From Trypethelium eluteriae (taxonomy: Eukaryota), in assembly GCA_051942245.1 (NCBI GenBank), contig JAVECL010000113.1:1-51006 (forward strand): a DNA stretch of 51,006 nt. Direction: 5' to 3'. The notes under the pieces are model-generated. The model searched no databases, was not told the origin of the DNA, and worked only from the letters and a program-made list of their open reading frames with translations. The position numbers were made by a program, and so were the translations under genes. Every line of letters starts with the position of its first letter. The first letter of the stretch is position 1. Shown here one piece after another: positions 23,291 through 33,329 of this stretch.

Positions 23291-26169
23291 ATGGCAAACA
23301 AGTCGCGCTCGCTAAATCAAAGTACTGCACCGCAACCGACATTGAGGGCAAGACGGCATACGCGAAGCCAGAGCAGTGATGTTCAGAATCCGGCATCTCA
23401 GGTGGCTTCTAGAAGGGCCACACGCTCAGCAAGTGTTGACAGTCAGCAAGCCGCTTCTCGTCCGTCCAGTATCAACACGGAGAGTCGCCGAGGAAAACGT
23501 AACGGAGCAGGTGTGTCGGGACCCTAACCCTAACCCTAGTCAATGTCCACCTCGACATTCTTCCTTTGATTTGATTTGATCTGATTTGATTTGATTTGAT
23601 TTTTTTTCGTTTCCTTTCCTACACTAATCATCGGTGGCCTAACATGCAAAGAAGATCACCGGACGAAGAAAAAGGCCCTAGAATAAGCTAATTCGATTGA
23701 TGCTACAGTACAAGGTCTACAGACCGTTAGTGAAGATATCGCAGATCAACCTAGTCCGGAGTCAGCCATCAACGGGCGTCCCATATTACATGACGATGCA
23801 GACAGAATGAGTCCTGGAGCAATATCACGAGAAGATAGCTCAAGGTACTCCAGCATAACAGCATCGAGTCAGCTTGAAGAAGATGCTGCAGATTTCGATC
23901 CAAATCCAATTATTGAGAAACTGCCTCACATGTTGGAAGAAGCTTCGCTACTTTTGGAGAACCTCGAAGAAACTATCGATACCTCCGTGGTATATCAACA
24001 CCGAGGTAGCTACCATCGCAACTCGCAAAGAAACTCGCTATCTTTGGACCCTTTCCCCAGAGACAACAACTCGTACATCGATCGCAATGTTGTCCTTCAG
24101 TCGCTTTTTGGAGACAGCTTTAGTGAGCTTCCTCATGAAGCAAGACCCGATGAATTACTATTCAAAGCCAATCTTGCTGTTTTCGCTTCGGACGTTCTGC
24201 TCACAGATCCAGAAAGTAGCGAGATTTGGGAGAGATTCCAATCACTTGACCTGGAGTTTCCAAACCTATTCATGTCGTCCTTCCAGGATCGTAAAACCAG
24301 ATCTTCGAGCATTGAACCAGGTAGCAGCAGCCTGCGAGCAGAGACGTTTGCACTTGCTCTCGACATCCGGACTCAGTTTACTATCATGTTACTCAAGAAA
24401 CACCAGAACGAGCCACCATTCGACGTTGATGATATCCTGACTCAGAATTTTCTGAACGTGTCTGCGCAAGGTCACGACCAGGGACGAAAGAGTATTCGAG
24501 GCTGGCAGATTGGTGGCCTCCGTGACTCAACCAACGAGCTTCCCGACGGGTTCCGTTCCAAAATCAGGGAACGTATTCAGCAAGTTGGGTTCCACTTATC
24601 GGGCGAGGCTGGCGACAATGCTGTAGTTGATATTGAGAACCTAGAAACAAAATATCCCTGGCGAGATTTTGTGCTAAGTGCGGGCCAGTGGGTTAGACAC
24701 CGCCACCTTGAGATAGATGAGCATGTTGCCGAATTTGGCGGCGAAAGCAACATCTTGAAATGCATCATAGCTCAAAGGAAGAACATGATTACTCAAAGCA
24801 GAGGGCCGAATGCCGATACTCGACCAGGAACTGTGCAAAGGGTGGCAAATGCATCAAGACAGCCATTACTAAATCATCCGAAGACAAGGTCAGATACCAG
24901 GATAGCAGGTACAGGCGCCCTGGGGAGCGGATCAAGGCCTAGCGGTTCAAAGAAGTAAGCTTTCCACCTATTTCTGAAACTATCTAGCTAAGGAAGTCCG
25001 GTCAAGATTCACGGGTATCACAGCAGCTTTCAGCGGAGAAGTCAGTAAGCGCAAGTCTTTAGAAACTACTCAAGCAAAGCAGGCTCTCGCATCCAGGGCA
25101 AAAGCCCCTCAAGAACCAGACTTACCAGAGCAACCATCGGTACCTGAGATTTTTGAGGACGATGAAGGAGGCCAGCGAGAAGGTAACTCTGACGAACGAG
25201 AGTTGAGCGCCTCTGCTCGTCGGCCAGGGCGGACTACTCTAGAGAAAGCCATGCGATTCCACCAGAGCCAAATGAATCCAGGCAAAGAAAACACTGTTCA
25301 AGCTCAGAACTCGAACCCAGGACCTAGGCAGAAACGAAAACGCCTTACTTTCATCGATCCCCAATCTGATGCCGTGACAGTAGGATCCGATGATCCTCCG
25401 CAGGCTGTTCCACAGGCCTCTACTATGAGCCGCAGTGCTGGCAAGAGGCGTCAGGACACGCAGGAAGAAGAGGAAGAGGACGACATTGAGCCCACACAAG
25501 ATCAGGGCTTCCAAACTGACAATCGTGTACCAGACCGTAACAGAAGACATCCACATCCCTTGACAGCCTCAGATCACTCCCACGAGTCTCCACCAAGCAA
25601 GAAGCAGCGTCCGAATCAACGCAACACAGCCCGCCAAGCGGCAGAGGAGGAGGATAACGAGTGGCATCCTCCACCAGACGACGAAGACGAGCGACTGGTA
25701 GATCAAGACGACGAAGCGCAACTCAGTGGAGCCAGAGCTCAGCAGACCCCCGCACCGAGCTCATACCAGGCAACCGCCCAACTCAAAAGAGAGATCAACG
25801 CCGGCAAGGAGCGACCTGTGCAGACGCGACGCCCATGGTCCAGCGACGCAGAAGAGCGCCTCATTGAATTAGTCGGCGAGCTGGGGCCCAGCTACGCGCA
25901 GATCCAGCGGGAAGACCAAGCGACGACAAACCTCTTCCACGGTCGCGATCAGGTGGCACTCAAGGACAAGTGTCGTAACATGAGGTTCAATTACCAGTAG
26001 TACGTGTCATGCCTTCCCACCACGCAAAATTTTTTGATGCGTTGAGTTAAATTACAGTGGCTAATCGTCCATACACAGCACTCGTCAGAAGCTACCTCGA
26101 GGATTCGATCGGGTCCCGTTGAAGGCTTCTCAGCGGGAACAGCTTACTCAAGCGGGCATCCCATACTAA
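23291..26169 (+). CDS. TRF/Tbf1/Taz1-like telomere-repeat-binding protein (TRFH-like middle domain + C-terminal telobox Myb), ~849 aa, 4 exons
   Basis: C-terminal Myb RRPWSSDAEERLIELVGELGPSYAQI...RDQVALKDKCRNM carries the telobox LKDKxRN signature; middle ANLAVFA...LDLEFP...LALDIRTQ resembles the fungal TRF dimerisation domain. Introns 23511-23708, 24955-25006 and 26000-26078 give a 2550 nt in-frame CDS. Confidence 0.8.
23521..23538 (+). repeat. Interstitial telomeric repeat ACCCTAACCCTAACCCTA (~3 units of TTAGGG on the minus strand)
   Basis: Read directly; the only tandem CCCTAA array I found in the window. Confidence 0.95.
23565..23599 (+). repeat. (TTTGA)7 microsatellite (one TCTGA variant) in intron 1 of the telobox gene
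   Basis: Read directly; followed by a T-run. Confidence 0.9.
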
Positions 26170-26877
26170 AGATGGTCAGCGTTGGTCATTTGGTTCGTGC
26201 TCGTGATTTTTTTAATTGAAAAAAGTAGGGTGGGCGGCGAGGGATTGGTTGGTTATGCAGTCACTTTTAATGCTCTTTAGCCTATTGCGGATTTGGCGGG
26301 AAACGTTTCATCTCATCCATGCATTTATGCTATATCAATAGTCTTGCTTCGACAGCGTGCAGCTTCTTCATATCGGCAATAGATTCTCGGACATTTCTGA
26401 CATTTGAGATCTTATTCGACTTACTACACAATGATCCATAATGCCGTTGACAGTAGTCTTGTGACTGCTCTCTTCAGGCTATCGGTTCTCTGCGCCATCT
26501 GATTTAGCAGTGAATGACCGCGCGATAGTGAATTCAAAAGTTTTGAAGGTACTGTAGGACCATTGAACGAACGTAACATCGGACCTGCCCTTGTGCTACT
26601 CTTCTTTGATGTCACAATGTCGCATTTGCCATGATGGAAGCTGCTTCGTACAATCAGGTCTACATAGTTTAGTCAACGCACAAGCTGTGACGGTGGGTCT
26701 CGGCGCCCGGTTAGAAGCATGTCAGAAGTCAGCACGCGTCGTGGAATCGATAAACGCTCTGCGATCAATGAGACACCCATCGCGAGTCATCCAGCTGTCT
26801 CTCCAGCAGCAGAACGTCTCCTCCATGCGATGGCCTGAGCGCGAACAAGTCTAAGGTGTGAGTGCTGTCCCACCACC

Positions 26878-28451
26878 ATGTCGACGTCAGCGGGGTCCGC
26901 TGCTGCCCGCACCAGGCCCCAACTCGGTTCAGCAGCAGACGTTCAGACGGATATTCCGCAACCAGGAACCATCAAGATCAATGTCGAGGGCGCCTTCATC
27001 GTGGATGATGATTCCAGCCAATCGGAATTTGAAGATGCCGACGAGTTTGAATATGTGCATGACACTAATGATATACGGTTACCAAACCACACGGCTATCG
27101 TCAGCCATATCGCTGTTGACGTAAGGACTCCTAAAGCTTAACTCGATGCCGCGCAACTCTCTACTGGGTGATTAGCGTAGACTAACGTCCGCACGACAGA
27201 TCGGCGGATCATTGGCCAAGCTGGTCTACTTCACGCGCGAACCACAGTCGAAAGAGCTAGGAGGGCGATTGAACTTCGTCAAGTTCGAGACGGACAAGAT
27301 AGATGATTGCATCCAGTTCATGCACAGATTACAGCTGAAGCATCAGCATCTCAATGGCTCCAAACCATCAGAGCTTCGCGTCATGGCGACAGGAGGAGGA
27401 GCTTACAAGTACTATGAAAAGATCAAAGAGTCACTACAAGTTGAAGTTCTCCGGGAGGACGAGATGGAGTGCTTGATCATTGGTATGATTAGAGACCTGG
27501 GCTGAGAGCAACTGCTGATGCGCGTAAACGCTTCCAGGTCTCGACTTCTTCATTACCGAGATCCCGTCTGAGGTATTCACTTATAATGACGCCTCTCCTT
27601 ATACGGAGAATATAATGCGCTATTCTCCTGCTCGAGCAGACATCTATCCTTACCTTCTTGTGAACATCGGTTCTGGTGTCTCTATGGTCAAAGTGTCTGG
27701 TCCTCGTACGTTCGCTCGGATTGGAGGAACTTCGCTTGGCGGTGGGACACTTTGGGGCCTGCTTTCGCTGCTCACCGGCGCTCGAACATTCGACGAGATG
27801 CTGGCGATGGCGGAGAAGGGTGACAACTCCGAGGTCGACATGCTGGTGGGAGATATCTATGGAACTGATTACGGGAAGATCGGATTGAAAAGTTCGACCA
27901 TTGCCAGCAGTTTTGGCAAAGTTTTTCGCATGAAGCGAGAAGCCGAGCGTGCGGCAGAAGATGGCGGTGGGCTTGCCAACGGCGATGGTGAACAAGCTGA
28001 AGGAGCGAACGCGGAGGGTATTCGCGGCGGTGTTGGAGACGGTAGAATGTTTAAACCAGAAGATGTCAGTCGAAGTCTGCTTTACGCTGTCAGGTAAGGC
28101 TCTCTGTGGTTGTTATACCTATTGTTACCGTCTCCGCCTTGAAGGAAAATATCCTGTTGGACTACGCCTTTACCAAAAATAAGCACTGACGTCAGCGGTA
28201 GCAATAACATCGGTCAGATTGCCTATCTGCAGTCCGAAAAGCATAATTTGGAGCATATTTATTTCGGCGGCTCTTTCATTCGTGGCCATCGGCAGACAAT
28301 CAACACCTTGTCATACGCGATCAATTTCTGGTCCAAGGGAGAGAAGCAAGCGTACTTTCTTCGACACGAAGGTTACCTTGGTGCGGTCGGCGCTTTCTTG
28401 AAACGACAGCCTCGCAACTGGGGTCGGAGGAATTCCTTTGAGGAAAATTAA
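26878..28451 (+). CDS. panK: Pantothenate kinase (eukaryotic type II PanK, Cab1-like)
   Basis: SHIAVDIGGSLAKLVYF, ATGGGAYKY, EDEMECLIIG, YPYLLVNIGSGVS, GGTSLGGGT, VDMLVGDIYG, FLRHEGYLGAVGAF. Introns at about 27121-27199, 27483-27537 and 28094-28201. Confidence 0.96.
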
Positions 28452-31400
28452 GGGCGTCTGCTTGATTTCTCTCGAGTCATTAAATGTACTCCATTTGTGC
28501 CATTTAAGGCGAGTCCAACTGGTGGTGGGCTGTGAAGGTGTGGTTGACACCTCTGGTTTCAGCTCGAGACACTGGAAGTTCTGTAGAATCTTCTTCCGAT
28601 GCAGAGGAAATCTTAACGCGTAGAAGAATTCACTAACGACTAATTGTGTTTCTGTATGATGCGATACAGCTGGACACTCAGTGGTTTTTCCTCCCACACG
28701 ACGTGTTTGACTTTGGTGTGAGCGCTGATCAAAGTGGATCCTAGACCCTGAGACGAGATGAGACAGGCAAACGAACCGTAGATCATATCATTGTCCGCTG
28801 AGCCGCTAAACCACTTCCAATCAGATTTCGCTTTGATGGAATGCTCCTTTTATCCAGAGTCGGAAAATTGCGCGACTTGACGTGGCCAACTTGAAAGTGC
28901 TTAATGCCTGAAGCTATCGGGAAAATTCGATCTGAAAGTCGAGGTACGTATTTGCGTCGATCGAAAGGGTCCTCCGATCGAGCGTTGTAAGATCTTTGCG
29001 CTGCTACGCGAGCCGAGGCGGCTCACCATTCTGGTCCCTGAGGCTCGGCGGCTAAACCCAGAGGCTCGACTGAAAACGAACCTCACCCATCGGAAATATC
29101 CTTTATTGTAAGATCAGTCAACAACGTCTGGGTGAAAGTGTGACATATGCTTGCACAGTATCATGGGTACTGCTGTGAGATCACGTCGAGGTAAGAACAT
29201 GCAAATCTGGTTGCCCTCTGATGGTACCGTCCGAGTTGAGCGTCTGAAGACAAGCTCCGAGAGGATGAATAAGCCTCATTTCGCGTCATTGTGGCCAAAA
29301 AGTTGCTAGCGCATTCGACATTTAGCTTCTATAGCTCATTATGCCAGCATTGCGGTGATGCGACAGTTGCTATCCACGCAAGTAACGATTAAAATTTCCG
29401 AAGAAGACAGTCGTCGTTGTCTTGGGTGCAGTAGAATATGCCGGAACTGGTTTGACTCTACCTGTGAACAAGCATCGTGGACGTTGGACTTTGTTGGCGA
29501 TCCAATTGATCTGAATGCCCTCTGCTGGGTATCAATAATTCTTAGCTCTCTGCGCTCTGATCCCAGAACTGGAGAAGTATCTGTCAATCAAGGCATCGCT
29601 AGCCTGGAGTTTGATTGTCACTGTGTCTATTTCCCAATTGTATTGCCACGAGAGCAGACTGCGATGCCAGTTTCCCCCTAAAGTTCTGTGCCATCGGTAG
29701 ATCTCATGGGGGCCTCGGTGTTAGGGACAAGTTGGTACATTATGACGATGTGTTCTTTCATACCTACACTCTGCTATAAAGTAAAGAGTGGTGGAAAAGG
29801 GTTGCTTCAGAAAGTAGACGGGCCCTCAATTCAATGTTCCATGCGAACAACGTTTCCCGGGAAGACGATAGAGAGCTTTCATGAGTTGACTTTGGCGTAG
29901 TAGTGATGGGACAATGACGGTAAAGTTGACTCCACAAGCTCGAATGACTCTTGGGCCAGCGGGCCCATGGCTCCGCAGTGGCATTGGGTCCCATCATAGT
30001 CTACGTGAACGACTTGTTCTTAGGCAGGACTCCCTGGCAGTTCGGAACAATTCTGGATCAAGGAGACGGATGATCCGAACAACGTAGCCTTAGAGTGGTG
30101 AGAGTGACGCAACATCGAGAGGGAGACCTTTTGCGAGGCCGACCAAACGTCCATACGTCATTTGTTGTAGATCAATTTGTCATTCGAGTTGAGGGAGCCT
30201 GAGGATGCGGGACAGCAGCAGTCTGAGAGAAAACTATGTCATGTCTTGCGTCATATTTGAGGCCCAGATACTGACCTTGTGTTTGCGGCGATTGAAGGTG
30301 GTGTTGACAGATGGTGATAATAGGGCCGGCCGGGCATGAAGACGGATATGTTGTCGTTGCAAACTTTTGAAACAATCGCGATGTCTGCAGGGACTATGGT
30401 GAGAAGCCGGAATTAGAACTTACGTAGCAAATGGCATGGAGGAGGATCCGGCCGGGGGATGCAACGGTTGCTCGACATGGCATCGCATTCCATAAGGGTT
30501 GACGCAAAAGTTGGGGACACAAATCATGCGAACGGCTCATGAGGACGCTTCAGAGGAGCATCACCGAAAATTCCGACAAGGCGAACATTGATCGTCGATC
30601 CGGCTTTTGGTTGTCGGTTTCGAACATCTGCGGAAATGACCGTACATGCAGCGAAACAGTGAGACCTTGTGCCGCAACCCTTCATTGATCTTTCGGCCGA
30701 TACCGTTTTGGGAAATTCCAGTTAGAGCGGGCAAGTGAGAATAGCGTCGGTTGTAAAGCATAAAAATAATCCAGAGGTAGACCAGTGAGCAATGTTACAA
30801 AGCGGAAAGGTACTTGACGCTCGGGCGAAAGGCGGCATCAGCCACGGCGTTTTGATAGAAGAGTAGATTGGCGCGGCATCAAAGTAACAGAGCCTGACAT
30901 TAGGCGAAGGACACATGTGTCATGGATGTGTAAGGTGGGCAGAATTGAAGAATCGACGATCGAAAAGTGATCTTGATCAGACAGATCGAGATGAAATGTA
31001 ATGGATTGCGTTGGGTGATATATGGAAAGAGAGCAATGTGTTCCAATTTAGAGACAGTTCTATGTTGCAGATCCGCCAACACCGAGCAGAAGCCAAAGCT
31101 TCAGTGATCCTACCAGTCTCAGGCTTGAGCCTTCAGCAAGGAAGTTTACGCAAGAAATGCGGGAGTGGAGAACGCCTCGTGCCGATTACCTGATACCGCA
31201 GGCTGCAATGACGGAATTGTTTTGATGGTGGGCCGGCGCCGTCCAAACACCGTTTGCTGAAGTCTGTCGAGATCTTGTGAGATTTGATAGGGCTGAGCCT
31301 GTCTTAGCGCGGGAGAATGAGTAACAGAGCCTCACGATAGCCGAAATCCCCTCATGCAGAAGCTTTCAACTTCAAGATGCTGTTCACGACGAATTGTTCT

Positions 31401-32168
31401 TTCAATCTACCTTCAGACCTCTCCGCAACGCTCTGATAGCAACGGGAGAGCATCCTGCTCCACGAGGCGGGCATGAACATCAAGCACGGTGCTACGGGTT
31501 GGCCGTAGTGATGATACTGGGAGCCTGCTCATGAGAAGTGGGGCCGGCCAGACAGCCAGGTTGTGGACAGGGGGGGAGCTCGGGCGAAGCGAAAATTCGA
31601 TCGCAAGCATAACGGTGAGGGAGATGGCCGGAAGCACTGAATTCGGGCAATCACCGCGGCGAAAGCGAAGCCATGGCATCGACTTGGTGTCTTGCAACAG
31701 CTCTCGTGGAGGCTTGGAATCCAGGGCGTCGTGCGGCTCCGGTGGGTCGAGGGAGCTCCCGCTCGTTTCAAGAGGACCGGGGCTCTTTTGGGAGAGGATC
31801 ACCGAGAGGAAGCAGAGTGTTGGTTCGCTGGAGAATCCTGAGATCAAGTTCCACGTTGTTGGTGAGGAGGGTGAAACAGAGCAGCCGAGTTATGAATAGG
31901 TTACGCTAAGCACGCTAGGGGAGAAGGGGACTAGCGAGGCTAGTTGCCGGATAATGCTGCGGCCCTGCGCCAACCCCGGCTTAGCCCCAGGCAGATGCGG
32001 GTCAACCTTTTGGCACTGGCGGGACTTTCTTTCGTGCCTGCCTCAAGTGACCGCTTCGTCCGGTTATTTAACCATCGCCACGTCTCCTCCTTTCCCCTTC
32101 TTTGCACATAGGCATCAACCATCAAAGAACCACACCCACTCCACCAGCTGCATCTTCAACTGCCAAAC

Positions 32169-33329
32169 ATGGACGCCTCTGCCTTCCACTCTGCTTCGCT
32201 CATCAGTCCTTCCGACTCACTCATGAGGTACGTGCTGACGCCCCTGACACAAAAAACAAAGGCCTTCAAATTTTGCACATCAACACCCATCGCCTGATCA
32301 ATCTATTCCCCGCATCTCCACCATCGGGAACAGAGCATTCTGACAGACTCGCAGTAGCTACACTTATTCTCCAAACACCATCTCCCCTCAGGCTCTTGAC
32401 AGAGCTGAGGGTCGTCACGAAGGCACTAAGGCCTCTCCCAAAAAAAGAAAATCATGGGGCCAGGTCTTGCCGGAACCCAAGACGAATCTACCACCTCGTA
32501 AGCGAGCCAAGACCGAGGATGAGAAAGAGCAGCGTCGTATCGAGCGTGTCAAGCGCAACCGTCTCGCCGCACACAACTCACGTGAGCGTAAGCGAGCCGA
32601 GGTCGATCAGCTCACCCAGGAAAAACAATGCCTCGAGTCTCAAATGCACTCCATGCAAGTTCGTATGAACGAGATGCACGCCCAACTTCTTCGCTACCAG
32701 AAAATGTACCCTCACGTCCCCACAAAGGCCGTGAGCATGTCCCCACCGCTGAAGGATGAATTGGACTTCGAGGGCGATAGCGCCTACAGCTCGTCTTCCA
32801 CGAGCACCATTGATCCCAGGGAGGCTTCTTTCTCCAGCCCTGCACCCTCCGATATGAGTTCCCCACTGAGCAGCCACTCTGACGCCCAAGCTCCCGTCTT
32901 CAAGGCCGAGTCGACGACGCTCATGCCCGACTTGACACAACATTCTGCAGCAATGTTGTGCGACCTGCAGTGTCAGTCGGAATTGAGCACGTCGACCACG
33001 CCCCTCAACCACACCAGTCGATCAACGACTTCAATACCCTCATCGTGGCTGGTGCAGATGGCAGCCTTTCGACTGCGATGCCTCACGACAACACTGAGTA
33101 CCTTCATGACTCTCACTTCGACGACCTTCTCGATCTTAGCGGCCTCGAGCCCTCTCACAAGGATCAGATGACGCAGCAGGCCCCTCTCCACAGCCAATTC
33201 GAGGAGCTCTTCCCTGGCATGGAATCCATTACTCCGCTCAGCTCTCTTGAGAAGCCTGGCGCGAGCTTCCCTTTCTTTGCCGATGCCGGCTTTGGCGCGA
33301 CTACTCGCGACGAGCCTGGCCTGGCGTAA
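32169..33329 (+). CDS. hacA: UPR bZIP transcription factor Hac1/HacA (spliced ~337 aa; unspliced ~291 aa ending at 33171)
   Basis: KKRKSWGQVLPEPKTNLPPRKRAKTEDEKEQRRIERVKRNRLAAHNSRERKR bZIP; spliceosomal intron 32228-32354; removing the 20-nt Ire1 intron 32948-32967 switches into the 32958-33329 frame. Confidence 0.96.
32948..32967 (+). other. Unconventional 20-nt Ire1-cleaved intron of HAC1
   Basis: CATTCTG^CAGCAATGTTGTGCGACCTG^CAGTGTC: two 7-nt CNGCAGN loops closed by stems CACAACATT/AATGTTGTG and GAC/GTC. Confidence 0.95.
33285..33320 (+). promoter_or_regulatory. HAC1 3'BE-like (Ire1-targeting bipartite element) stem-loop
   Basis: GCCGGCTT-TGGCGCG-ACTACTC-GCGAC-GAGCCTGGC: the UGGCGCG and GCGAC motifs known from the yeast HAC1 3'BE sit on opposite arms of a hairpin. 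Confidence 0.7.

Noticed and set aside
31824..31851. Minus-strand GAACTTGATCTCAGGATTCTCCAGCGAA resembles the 3' half of a fungal TPP riboswitch
   Set aside because: The essential upstream UGAGA junction is missing on that strand, the L5 loop deviates, and there is no thiamine gene or intron context.
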